Assembly (NCBI GenBank): GCA_963843795.1
Contig: CAWJLW010000006.1
Coordinates: 2,740,375 to 2,804,374, forward strand
Direction of reading: 5' to 3'
Length of the DNA: 64,000 bases
From: an uncultured bacterium
Lineage (GTDB): Bacteria > Armatimonadota > Abditibacteriia > Abditibacteriales > Abditibacteriaceae
Shown here: in pieces, positions 30,401 to 39,428 of the stretch
Layout: the number at the start of each line of letters is the position of its first letter
Position numbering within the stretch: the first letter of the stretch is position 1
Notes under the pieces: model-generated
The model's input: only the letters and a program-made list of their open reading frames with translations
Told to the model about the DNA's origin: nothing
Databases searched by the model: none
Program-made: the position numbers and the translations under genes

Positions 30401-30626
30401 CGCCCGAAGGCAAACCATTGGGCACCGCGTAGGGCGCAAACTTGGCCTGATCGTGCGAAAAATCGTTGATAAACGCTTCTCCGTGCGTGGAAGACGTAAT
30501 CACCAGCGGTATGGGTGTCGCAGCGGCTTCGACTTTAGTAGGGGGAGGATCGGCAGCGCGCACAGCGGGCGCGAGAACAAGTGGAGAGAAAGGTAGAGCC
30601 AGAGAAAAGAAAACGAGAGGTTTCAT
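27492..30626 (-). CDS. Large secreted protein with three CBM/galactose-binding-like repeats
   Basis: Signal peptide and three copies of SF.YR...LG.+.++.+D..WH...LD.F. Confidence 0.7.
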   Translation of the reverse strand: MKPLVFFSLALPFSPLVLAPAVRAADPPPTKVEAAATPIPLVITSSTHGEAFINDFSHDQAKFAPYAVPNGLPSGARMALDGGALKIVNTHAGSFGVTTGLPAFDALKFSHLSFDYRMQPSVKVNLFFRINGKYHGVVFSGPDRVRAGSIKLGNIADVQTDDKWHHADLPLRAWMQKMYPTEDKLIVDDLIIGNWDNEGYLVAGFGGNPVGATYYLDNFSLSGPRSTAAEAKFALQTAEATDAKAKLTYSLDDGEYQPLNEKTLSLKTPDGPHLLSVLRTVEGDEAFRASYPFVMSAAAPQVGTPRLSGDTLHIPLETSAGLDLTTLQLKVDDQTFKRDASTVKLDGDDLQLAAGAAGFRWQDGQEIALNLEGLKDSLGREVDKKSVPLKVDYAQMKALPPLPLVKFADGREVWNDGDFENNAGGWVPTGDGAALIDRDNSTKASGDYSLRFTSPSNGPQFRANLNLKSNDIGKYPILSFDYRVPPDLRIDFLVSFDNQNWKIGFTDTDNPWPALGTIPNVQADNQWHHAEVNLFEWMQKARPQAANYNLNWFGLGDLAWQGNAAGIRFWLDNFRFIPVENGAPLKAQVVENTVSGVQKIAFVLDDKTETVPDTANAIAGTQLEVPGQGRRWLHLRVQNGAGVWSATNHIPLWLSGTAPRVSQVIPSDNTKAAPTQMTWQIDDDIALDPRSILLETSGQKYDVTHPALNYDNATSSLHWSVASASGLPPLQDGAKVEWKLSARDYAGLPLAPSAGNWVFDRAQDKTAPVLSLAGKDFAPVQWTDFEGGALVWKSADDVAVSVPTPGRRRRDVPETTKNDGENNSGATQIEIVTIEGDTSGNRVLKITALGKNSTMGVIARDQPWDATKANLVSFRYRIPKEANWSMRVRLKDGRAWNIRLKGEATDTLGAVSNISADDEWHWTQFDVLPFLKRDARANPTEIQGIDFIDPRQKTPPGTVIYLDDFSLIAPVKGAGKVQWQATDLSGVSKYRVAWDKEPNTIPSEETLETQRDLPAEPGTYFLHLQADDNAGNFSTTAHFPVTIK

Positions 30627-30817
30627 AAGAAGCGAATGTTTGCCATGAGAAAACATGGCGTTAGGCGCTGCGGAAAGCCTTATCTAACGAGAAGCACCGC
30701 ACGGTTGGAAAAGAACGACGCGACAAAGTTTTGCAGGTCGCCCCCGATTTCATTTCCAATTTCGATAATAGAGCTTTCGCGCCACGCGCACCCGTTCTTC
30801 TCGTGCGCACAAACGAA

Positions 30818-30849
30818 AAATGGCGCTGCAAGTACTTGCAGCGCCATTT
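30818..30849. terminator. 32-bp perfect palindrome on the iterated motif
   Basis: AAATGGCGCTGCAAGT|ACTTGCAGCGCCATTT, with a T-tract on the minus strand after the YtxH-like gene. Confidence 0.7.
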
Positions 30850-30882
30850 GTAAATTCCAACCGCGATTTTGACTTGTGCGGC

Positions 30883-31848
30883 TTAACTTTGCGCGTTGGA
30901 CGAACGCTTGCGGCGATTTTTGCCGCGTCGCTTTGAACTGTTCGATTGAGAATTGCCCGAATGAGAAGTCTCTTGAGAATCGTCGTTTTGGGCGCTTTTT
31001 GGCGAATCTTCGGGAGCGTCAATCGTCGCGTCCGGCGTTTTTTCGTCGTCTTCATTAACAGCTTCCGCAGCCGCATCAGCAGCTTCAGAGGCTTTGTCAG
31101 CGACAGCGTCTTTAACTTCCTCGACTTTATCGGTTACGCTTTCGGTCGCCGTTTCCGCTTTCCCTACTGCGGTTTTTATAGAAGATTCATCTTCACGGGC
31201 GACTTCGACAGCGGCAGCGACTTTATCTTCTAGCGGCTGCTCTTGTGCAGCCTGAGCTTCATCCGGCGAAGTGTTGGCTTCGGGCGTCTGGGTTTGAATC
31301 TCGTTCAACGTTTCTTCCGAAGCATCGACAACGCCCGGACTGGGCGCAATATCGTCGCCCGCCACGTTTTGCACCCCACCAGTTTCGGCCTGTGAGGTCA
31401 TCTCATCATCGCTGAGCGCCTCAGCCATCGCCGCACCAACTTCCACTTCGTGATGATCGGAAGTGGAACTGGCATCACTGTGCGACTGCTTTACGTCGTC
31501 GATTTTGTGCGCGATTTCTTCTTTGATTTCGTCACGCTTTTCTTCAATTGTCGCGCGCGCGCTTTCCAATTTTTCTTTAGCCGCGTCTGAAACCGAACCC
31601 GAAACCTCGACGACCGAATCCGAAATTTCAGTCGCAGTTTGCTTGGCTTCGTTCAAGGCATCGCTGCTGTGCTCTTGCAGATTTTCTTTCAAATCGTGCG
31701 CTTGCGATACGGCTTTGTTTTTCCAATCTTCGGCACCTTCAGAAAGTTCTTCACGAAGTTCTTCGCCGCGCTTGGGTGCCAGCAGCAAAGCCGCGCCGGC
31801 TCCCACAATAATTCCTGTCAAAACGCCACGCCAGTAGGGCTGATTCAT
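30883..31848 (-). CDS. YtxH-domain protein with acidic low-complexity tail
   Basis: GIIVGAGAALLLAPKRGEELRE motif. GGAG RBS. Confidence 0.85.
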   Translation of the reverse strand: MNQPYWRGVLTGIIVGAGAALLLAPKRGEELREELSEGAEDWKNKAVSQAHDLKENLQEHSSDALNEAKQTATEISDSVVEVSGSVSDAAKEKLESARATIEEKRDEIKEEIAHKIDDVKQSHSDASSTSDHHEVEVGAAMAEALSDDEMTSQAETGGVQNVAGDDIAPSPGVVDASEETLNEIQTQTPEANTSPDEAQAAQEQPLEDKVAAAVEVAREDESSIKTAVGKAETATESVTDKVEEVKDAVADKASEAADAAAEAVNEDDEKTPDATIDAPEDSPKSAQNDDSQETSHSGNSQSNSSKRRGKNRRKRSSNAQS

Positions 31849-31925
31849 TTTACACTCTCCTTTTGAGATTCGACTTGCAAAGCCGATACCCGCAAAATAA
31901 CGCTGCAAGTACTTGCAGTGTGCTT

Positions 31926-32751
31926 TCAAGCCCGATTTTCTGCGCGCGCCGCGCGGTGCAATTCTTTGAGATGAGCGATTAAAATCGGTGCTTCGCGTTC
32001 AAAATCCACGAAACGGCCTTCGAACGAACAACCTTCGTTGTAGTCAACAGCTTCCAGAGCAGCGAAAAACTGGTCCAAATTACTATCGTCACCCGCGACC
32101 GGCACGTTGCGCGGACGGGACGCAATATGAACGTGCTGCAAGTATTTGCCACCGCGCGCAATGTTATCCAAAGTTTCATTTTCGGCCAGCATATGAAACC
32201 AATCAGCCAAAAGTTGAATGTGTGGATGGTCGATGGCTTCGACGAGTTCAGCTCCGCGCGCCACATCGTTGATGAAATTATCTTCTTTACGATTCAATGG
32301 TTCGATGGCGATCATGATGCCCGCATTCTGGGCAATGGGACCTAGCGCACGTCCGAATTCGATGAACTGTTCCTCAGCGCGCGCTGAGCGAAAAACCATC
32401 CGGCACACGGCGCGCTCCCGCCGAACCCAAAACGACCGTTAAACCGCCAACCTGATGGCAACGATTGAGGGCAGTTTCGGCATAATTCAGCACGCTTTGC
32501 AGATCGACATCCGGTCCGGTGATGCGCTGATTTGCGGGCAAAAAACCGTTGAACGCTTGCACGGAAACCGGCGCATCTTTGAGTAGTAGGGCCAATTCAT
32601 CGAAATCGTCATTCATCATTTGCCCGACACCCATTTCAAAAAAATCGGCATTGGACGCGCACAAAACATTCTGCAAACGCGCCATGTTTTCGCGCAGCGA
32701 ACTGCCTTCGCTCGCCATCGTTTGCGGCCCACAACATAATCCAAATCTCAT
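31926..32751 (-). pseudogene. Sugar phosphate isomerase/epimerase (TIM barrel), frameshifted at about 32385 (may be a sequencing error)
   Basis: The N half (VVLGSAGARRVPDGF) and the C half (IEPLNRKE, D.FHM, HVH, SFE) lie in different frames. Confidence 0.75.
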
Positions 32752-32800
32752 ATTTTCTCCAAAAACTCGCCCTGCAAGTACTTGCTGAAGGCAGTTCGTC

Positions 32801-34183
32801 TCAAATGCGCGGCCCAATTTTCGCCGGAGCCGGTGTCGGCACGGGAGCCAATAAACGATCCAACAAAGCGTTCAAACTCGCCATCGTACTTTCTGGCAAC
32901 ACATAAACTGGACGCGGCGGTTGCTGCTCACCTGTCACGCGCGCCCGCCACTGTTTGCCCGCGCGCCAAATTTTTATGTCGCGCGCGCCCTGAAGTTCGG
33001 GCAAAGTAAGACGAAAGATTGTTTGTCCGTTGTCACTTTCGCCCTGAGAAGGATACAGAAAATCGCTCGCGCGCCAATCGCGCACAGCCACTAAAATATC
33101 GTTGATGGCCAACGCGTTTTCATCGAACGCGTTAGCAGTCGTTCCCTGACGATACCAACGTGCACCGTCGCGCAAATAAACCAAATCTTGCCCGCGCGCG
33201 CGCAAATTCACGCGCGTAACTTCGTTCAAATCAAAGCTCATTACACGGTGCGAACGCCAGTTATCGACCGGTTTGCGCAACGTCTGCACCACATCTTCGC
33301 CCACCACAAAAGGCGCATTTTTCATGCGTCCATACGCCGCATAACCATTTTGCGTTTTGCGTCCGACGGTCAAAAACGGCGCATCATTGTTGAGACTGAT
33401 TTGTGAGGTGGGCTTCGCGAAACCCCAGTTTTCGCTGCCAATTTCCAGAAATTTCTGCACTTGCGCGGCTTGCAACAATTGTAAAAGCGCGACGATTTTT
33501 TCGCTATCGGCGGCTTCGGAATAGGGCACCTTCATCTGCCAGTTTTCGCCGCCAATCGTGGGCGCAATGGCAGTTTCGCGCGTTTTTACCAGCACAATCT
33601 TTTCTTGGCCGTTATTCAAAACGACCTGCTGAATTTTCTCGATTTCCAAACGCGCGAGGCTGTGGTCGCGCCAAGCGTCTAAAGGCCGCGCGGCAGCTTG
33701 CGCCAACGCGCGCGGCAACAGAACAATTTTGTCAGCAACGCGCGCGTAAATACGATTGTTATCGAAAAATGCTGGCGCGCCAAACGCGATACGTTGCCCG
33801 TTTAATTCAACGCTCACGCGCGGGGCACCTAATCCGTATTCCGATTTTTTGGCGTCGGCCAAAATCACATCCGAACGCAGAATTGCAAACGCATTGAGGA
33901 ACTCATCGACGTGTTTTGCATCGGCAAAAACTGGCGTTTTGCCAGTTTTTCGCGCGGCAAGTACTTGCTCGCTAATTTGCCATTCGCCGCTGTTATTTTT
34001 CTGCAATTGCAGCGTTGGCTGCCCGACAGTTTTCAGCACGATGTGCTGAATTTGATTCGGCGTAAAGCGCGCCACAATTTGCACTCCGGGCGGCAGCGCG
34101 GGTTCGCGTTCGCGCCCCCACAACCAGCCAAACAGCGCGACCACGCACACCAACAAAAGCGCCGAAACGCGAAAATTTTTCAT
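32801..34183 (-). CDS. DUF4340-like protein
   Basis: N-terminal TM, repeated YGL..P / WGF..P and WR modules, downstream of a GldG-like gene. Confidence 0.75.
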   Translation of the reverse strand: MKNFRVSALLLVCVVALFGWLWGREREPALPPGVQIVARFTPNQIQHIVLKTVGQPTLQLQKNNSGEWQISEQVLAARKTGKTPVFADAKHVDEFLNAFAILRSDVILADAKKSEYGLGAPRVSVELNGQRIAFGAPAFFDNNRIYARVADKIVLLPRALAQAAARPLDAWRDHSLARLEIEKIQQVVLNNGQEKIVLVKTRETAIAPTIGGENWQMKVPYSEAADSEKIVALLQLLQAAQVQKFLEIGSENWGFAKPTSQISLNNDAPFLTVGRKTQNGYAAYGRMKNAPFVVGEDVVQTLRKPVDNWRSHRVMSFDLNEVTRVNLRARGQDLVYLRDGARWYRQGTTANAFDENALAINDILVAVRDWRASDFLYPSQGESDNGQTIFRLTLPELQGARDIKIWRAGKQWRARVTGEQQPPRPVYVLPESTMASLNALLDRLLAPVPTPAPAKIGPRI

Positions 34184-34218
34184 GCCATTTTATGCTGTTA
34201 AGTACTTGCCAGCCACTT

Positions 34219-35856
34219 TCATCGGCGTTTCCACCACACCAGCGCGCCCAAAAGCAAGCAACCCAGAGGTAATGCGAAAAGAGAAAACCACAGCGACAGG
34301 CGCTTGATGTCGTCGGGCATCGACAGGTTGTTCACGACCGGCGCGCGGCTGGGAATCGAAACCAAAACTTCATCGCCCGCGACCCAGTTGATACCTGCGA
34401 GCGCAAATGAGCGATTACCGAATTCGCCCGCCCAACGGTCGGATGCAAAATCAGCGCTCGCCACTACCAAAGCGCGCGAGCGGTTGGCGTTTTCAGTCGC
34501 GCCGCTCAGCAAAAATGGGCCGATGCGATGGGGAATCGCCGCGCTTTCGGGCGAAGAAGAATCGACGTTTTCGCGAGCGAACGAACGCGCGCCCGAAGCG
34601 AACAAAATCTTTAGTGTGCGTGCGGCAGGTGTAGTCGATTTCCCCACAACCGACGCACCCGGAAATAGCACATCACCTTTGACTCCGCGCAAAATCGGAT
34701 GGCGATCCAGTCCGCCCAAGCGCGCATCATCCAGCAGGCCACGCACGATTCCGCCTTGCCCGACTGTCGATTCGCCATCGAAAACCACGCCGTTTTGCCA
34801 CTGCAATCCCATCACGTTCAACAAGCGATTCCAGCGTGGAAAATTTTGTGCACTCGGTTCAAGCCAAAACACAAATCGACCGCCGCTTTGCCAAAGTTTG
34901 AGCAGAGTTTGCAATTCGTTTTCGCCCAAGTCACTTTGCGGTGCGATGATCAGAATCGCAGCTGCATTTTTCGGCACCGAACTTTTGGGTGCGCCTAGCG
35001 AAAGCGCTTGCACGCTGTAATTCTGAGCGCCCAAATCGCGCGCGATGGCATCGAAAGCGCCTCCCGCGCGGCCCGTCCACAGTGGCGTTTCGCCATGTCC
35101 GGTGAGCATCTGCAAAACTCGCGTTTGTGGGTTCGCCAGCTTCAAAAACGCCGAAGTCAGGTTGGCCTCGTCCAGAACTGTCACTTCGCGCCGCCGTTGC
35201 GCTTTTTGCTCCTCGGTCGGCATAATTGAATTCACATCGTTGCGCTGCAAAATCACCATCGGTAAAATCGGGCGTGTGTTCTTGAGCAAGAGGCGCGCGC
35301 TTTGCGGTTCGGCAGCGGCATCAAGCAGTTCCAATTTCACGCGCGGCGAGCGGCTTTGATATGTGCGCAGCATATCCAACGCCTGGCTAACTTCGGGACG
35401 CTGATTGTTACCCGCAAATACATATGTCATTGTGACATCGAAAGGCAATTCGTCCAGCACACGCTGCGTTTGGTCGGAGAGTGAATTGCGATTGTTCTGC
35501 GTCCAATCCCAGACGCGCGCATGACGCGCATTGAGCCAATTCAAGCCGAGTAGAAAAACCGCCAGTAAGAGCGTCGAAAGCAGGGCGTTCGCGATGCGCA
35601 GCGAACGTCCGCGCGCATACGCATCGCGCGGCGCTAAATGGCGCACTTTGCGCCATTGCCACACGCCCAGAGCTCCTAAAATGAGCGCGATAAGGGAAGC
35701 CGCCGCGCACGCCACGCCCCACGGCTGTCCGCTTCCAAACGCGCCCAACAACACGCTCGCGACCAGCGCGCACAACACACCAACAACGAAAAAAAGCGTT
35801 GACCAACGCGCAAGAAACGGCACGACAGTCGTGTTTTCGGTTGAATTTGAATCCAT
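34219..35856 (-). CDS. GldG-like ABC auxiliary protein
   Basis: WDWTQNNRNSLSDQT..VL, TGHGE, APQSDL and N..F...INW motifs, C-terminal TM ending WWKRR. Confidence 0.85.
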   Translation of the reverse strand: MDSNSTENTTVVPFLARWSTLFFVVGVLCALVASVLLGAFGSGQPWGVACAAASLIALILGALGVWQWRKVRHLAPRDAYARGRSLRIANALLSTLLLAVFLLGLNWLNARHARVWDWTQNNRNSLSDQTQRVLDELPFDVTMTYVFAGNNQRPEVSQALDMLRTYQSRSPRVKLELLDAAAEPQSARLLLKNTRPILPMVILQRNDVNSIMPTEEQKAQRRREVTVLDEANLTSAFLKLANPQTRVLQMLTGHGETPLWTGRAGGAFDAIARDLGAQNYSVQALSLGAPKSSVPKNAAAILIIAPQSDLGENELQTLLKLWQSGGRFVFWLEPSAQNFPRWNRLLNVMGLQWQNGVVFDGESTVGQGGIVRGLLDDARLGGLDRHPILRGVKGDVLFPGASVVGKSTTPAARTLKILFASGARSFARENVDSSSPESAAIPHRIGPFLLSGATENANRSRALVVASADFASDRWAGEFGNRSFALAGINWVAGDEVLVSIPSRAPVVNNLSMPDDIKRLSLWFSLFALPLGCLLLGALVWWKRR

Positions 35857-35900
35857 AAATAACGCGAATAACGTACTGCAAGTACCTGCGGCTCTCTTCC

Positions 35901-36614
35901 TTAGTTCCAGCGTCGACTTTCCAGCGCGCGCACCGTCAAAAACAGGCAAAACGCGCACAGCGAGGCGAAATAGATCAGGTCGCGCGTATCGATCACGCCA
36001 CGCAACAGCGGGTCGCAATGCGTGGCTGGTGACAGAAGGGCCAGCAGTTGTGCCCACGTTTTGCCTGGCGCAATCAGCGGCGCATATCCCATGAGCCAAG
36101 CCGCGCTCAAACCTCCAAAGCACAACAGCGCTGCGACAATCGGTGATTCGCTCCAACTCGAACACGCCAAACCCCACGCGCCAAACGCCATGCCGCACCC
36201 TAAAAGCGCGACATAAGCGCCCCACACAGGTCCCGCGTCGTAAGTGCCGTATTTCGAAGCGAGAATGGGAAAATGCGCGGTTGCCAACAGCAACACCAGA
36301 AAAAATCCCAGTGCGCCCAGCCATTTGCCCAGCGCGATTTGCCACTCGCTCAAGGGTGAAGAAAGCAGCACGTCCAACGTGCCATCACGTCGCTCTTCAG
36401 CCAGCAAGCGCATGGTCAACAAAGGCATCACGAACAAGAGCAAATTGAGTAACGCGGCCAAAATATCGGCGGGCTGAAAATTGGCGTTAAACGGCAACGC
36501 ATACGCCCACGTCACGCCGCCGAGCAGTGTCCAGCCCGTCAGCAAAACGTAGCCCAACCAGGAACCGAAATACGAGCGCCATTCTTTCCACGCAATTTGT
36601 AAAATGACCGACAT
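35901..36614 (-). CDS. GldF-like ABC-2 permease
   Basis: KEWRSYF, PLLTMRLLAEERRDGT, GKW and GVIDTRDLIYF motifs. Confidence 0.88.
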   Translation of the reverse strand: MSVILQIAWKEWRSYFGSWLGYVLLTGWTLLGGVTWAYALPFNANFQPADILAALLNLLLFVMPLLTMRLLAEERRDGTLDVLLSSPLSEWQIALGKWLGALGFFLVLLLATAHFPILASKYGTYDAGPVWGAYVALLGCGMAFGAWGLACSSWSESPIVAALLCFGGLSAAWLMGYAPLIAPGKTWAQLLALLSPATHCDPLLRGVIDTRDLIYFASLCAFCLFLTVRALESRRWN

Positions 36615-36727
36615 AGTTTTTGGAGAGAAGAAGAAAAGCAAAAAGTCGCAATTGTGATGTTTATTTTATTGCAAGTACTTGCAGCACCTTTGTTTGATTC
36701 CTCGCCCGATTTCCTTTCATCTTCCTT

Positions 36728-37648
36728 TCATCTGTCTTCAGTCGTCAGTGCCAGAAACGCGTCTTCCAATGAACGCCGCGCCGCACTAAGTTCCAGCAAA
36801 CCCCAATTTTCGCGCACGCACAGAGTCGCCACTTCTTCGCGCACATCGCGCGCGGCACGCACCGTCCACGCGTTTTCCGTTTCGCGTTTTTCCACCTCTC
36901 GCACGCCTTCAATAGCACCGAGCTTCGCGGCGATTTCAGTGGACTGATTTCGCAGATGGACGCGCACAGTGTGTTCATCGCTTTGTGAGAAATGCGCGGT
37001 TTGTTCTTCGGCGATCAGGCGCCCGCGATTGATAATCAAGACGCGTCCGCACGTCGCCTGCACGTCGGACAAAATATGTGTCGATAACAAAACCGTGTGT
37101 TCGCGCGCCAGTTCCGCGATGACGCGCCGCGTTTCGACGCGCTGTCGCGGATCGAGGCCCGCCGAGGGTTCATCCAAAATCACCACGTCTGGGTCGTGAA
37201 CAATTGCTTGCGCCAAACCGACGCGCTGCCGATAACCTTTGGATAATTTGGCGATTAAAACATCGACGCGATCTTCTAATTTGCCCGCGTCCAAAGCAGC
37301 TTCCAAACGTTCGGGACGCTTTTTTGCGGGCACGCCACGCAGCGCGGCGACATACATCAAGTAATCGCGGACGGTCATATCGAGATAAAGCGGCGCGTTT
37401 TCTGGCAGATAACCGATGCGGCGGCGTACCAAGCGCGAATCTTCGCCGATGTCGAAATTATCAACGCGCGCCGTGCCCGAAGTCGGAGCCATCAAACCGG
37501 CCAAAATGCGCATCGTCGTGGTTTTGCCCGCGCCGTTTGGCCCTAGAAAACCAACCGCTTCGCCGCGTTCAACGCGAAACGAAACGTCATCCAGCGCGGG
37601 TTCGAGCGAGGAACCATAAATTTTGCTCAAATTCTCGACTTCAATCAT
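36728..37648 (-). CDS. GldA-like ABC ATPase
   Basis: GFLGPNGAGKTTTMR, LSKGYRQRVGLAQA and DEP..GLDP motifs. Confidence 0.92.
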   Translation of the reverse strand: MIEVENLSKIYGSSLEPALDDVSFRVERGEAVGFLGPNGAGKTTTMRILAGLMAPTSGTARVDNFDIGEDSRLVRRRIGYLPENAPLYLDMTVRDYLMYVAALRGVPAKKRPERLEAALDAGKLEDRVDVLIAKLSKGYRQRVGLAQAIVHDPDVVILDEPSAGLDPRQRVETRRVIAELAREHTVLLSTHILSDVQATCGRVLIINRGRLIAEEQTAHFSQSDEHTVRVHLRNQSTEIAAKLGAIEGVREVEKRETENAWTVRAARDVREEVATLCVRENWGLLELSAARRSLEDAFLALTTEDR

Positions 37649-37681
37649 GGAGTTTGCGTGTCAATCTACCTTCCGAATTCC

Positions 37682-38647
37682 TTATTCCACGCGCGCATCG
37701 TTCCAAGCCAGCGGCTCTTCAACGGGTTCGATGTGCGTCGTGACTTCCAATGCGGGCAGAAGTTCTTGCAACGCTTTTCCGATTTCCATTTCGCGGTCGT
37801 GCGCGTGTTTGAGCGAAGTTTCGCCCGCCATCAGCAAGTGGTAATCGACGAAGCGACGGCTGCCCGCCTGCCGCGTACGCAGCGCGTGATAAGTTTCACC
37901 TTCAATTAATTGTTCTTGTAAACAATCGCGAATTTGCTTAATTTCATCGCGACTCAGCGCGTGATCCATCAATCCGTTGAACGAGCGGCGCAGCAAATTC
38001 CAGCCGATGCGCGCAATATTGAATGCGATAAAAATTGCCAGCAACGGGTCGAGAATTGGCCAGCCGGTTGCGCGCGCCAGGAGCAAACCCAGCAAAACGC
38101 CACACGAAGTCCAAACATCGCTCATCAAATGATGGCCATCGGCTTCGAGCACAATGGAATCGAAGCGCTTACCCGCTTTCAAAAGCGTGCGCGCGACGAA
38201 CCAGTTAATCGCGGTTGCCAGCAAAGCCAGCCACGCGCCACTCGCCAGATTTTCCGGCATAGTAGGTGCGCTCAAACGCAAAGCGCCCGCCCACGCAATC
38301 GCAACCGCAGCGCCCAAGACCAGAGCGCCCTCGATGCCGCTGGAGAAAAATTCGATTTTTTCGTGACCGTAAGGATGATCGGCATCGGCGGGCCGCGACG
38401 CATACCAAATCGCGCCCAAAGCAGTGAGCGCCGCAACCACATTGGCCGAAGATTCAACCGCATCCGACAGCAAGCCCACCGAATTCGTCACGCGATAAGC
38501 CGCGAATTTCAGTAACAAATTCACTATCGCAGCGGCAATTGAAAGCACAATCAAACGGCGCGACGCCACATGGCGCAAATCTTCGGTAACGACATCGGGC
38601 GCGCTTGTCGATTCGGGAGCGCTGGAAATAGAATGGGAACTGGTCAT
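37682..38647 (-). CDS. Cation diffusion facilitator (FieF-like)
   Basis: SDAVES, PADADHPYGHEKIE, ADGHHLMSD and HIEP motifs. Confidence 0.92.
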   Translation of the reverse strand: MTSSHSISSAPESTSAPDVVTEDLRHVASRRLIVLSIAAAIVNLLLKFAAYRVTNSVGLLSDAVESSANVVAALTALGAIWYASRPADADHPYGHEKIEFFSSGIEGALVLGAAVAIAWAGALRLSAPTMPENLASGAWLALLATAINWFVARTLLKAGKRFDSIVLEADGHHLMSDVWTSCGVLLGLLLARATGWPILDPLLAIFIAFNIARIGWNLLRRSFNGLMDHALSRDEIKQIRDCLQEQLIEGETYHALRTRQAGSRRFVDYHLLMAGETSLKHAHDREMEIGKALQELLPALEVTTHIEPVEEPLAWNDARVE

Positions 38648-38679
38648 AGTCTGCAAGTACTTGCAGGGAATTTTACCCG

Positions 38680-39360
38680 CTATTTGTGATAACGGCGCGC
38701 CAATTCGTGTGGCGACACGCCGCGCCAATAACCGATTTGCTGGCGCAGCCACAGATATAAAATTTGATACGGAGCGCTTTCAATTCGACGACTGGAAATT
38801 CTTAACGCCGGTCGCAAATAAATCGTGCGCTGCTTGTTTTTGGCAGCAAATTTCTCCAAACGGCGCGCGAAATCGTAATCTTCAAACAATGGCCACGCTC
38901 GAAACCCGCCAACTTCTTGAAAAATTTCGCACCGCACCCAAATCCCACTATCGCCATAATAAATGCCAAAATTGCGCAGAACGCGCGCGATGATTTCGAA
39001 AACGCGCGCCGCGAAAAGCGGGCTACGAAAACGCAAGCGAAAATTGCCTCCAATCACGCGTTCATCTTCCACTGCGCGCGCAATGGCACGCGCTTGAGCA
39101 GCAATCGGAACGCAATCGGCGTGTAAAAACCACAAAACTTCGCCAGTCGCCAATTCGCTTCCCGCTCGCAACTGCGCGCCGCGTCCTCCATCAACGCTGG
39201 TCCAATCCACGCCATTTCTACGCGCAATTTGTTCCGAATCGTCCAAACTTTCACCATCGCAAACGATAATTTGCGCGACGTGTGGCAAGTACTTGCAGCG
39301 CGGTAAAAGTGCGCGCAAGTGCGCAGCTTCGTTGCGCGCGAGAATAAGAATTGTAATCAC
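38680..39360 (-). CDS. Glycosyltransferase family 2 (TIGR04283-like)
   Basis: GRGAQLRAG, FLHAD, YGD.G, GGF...PLFED and SSRR motifs. Confidence 0.8.
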   Translation of the reverse strand: MITILILARNEAAHLRALLPRCKYLPHVAQIIVCDGESLDDSEQIARRNGVDWTSVDGGRGAQLRAGSELATGEVLWFLHADCVPIAAQARAIARAVEDERVIGGNFRLRFRSPLFAARVFEIIARVLRNFGIYYGDSGIWVRCEIFQEVGGFRAWPLFEDYDFARRLEKFAAKNKQRTIYLRPALRISSRRIESAPYQILYLWLRQQIGYWRGVSPHELARRYHK

Positions 39361-39373
39361 AAGGGCGAACAGA

Positions 39374-39413
39374 GCAAAAAGCGCGCTGCAAGTACTTGCA
39401 GCGCGCTTTTTGC
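39374..39413. terminator. 40-bp perfect palindrome on the iterated motif
   Basis: GCAAAAAGCGCGCTGCAAGT|ACTTGCAGCGCGCTTTTTGC, downstream of the cysteine synthase gene. Confidence 0.7.
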
Positions 39414-39428
39414 GGTTCTCAATTCTAT

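Noticed and set aside
32801..37648. Gld-like genes as evidence of gliding motility
   Set aside because: GldA/F/G-DUF4340-like ABC modules are widespread in non-gliding bacteria, and no other gliding genes are present.
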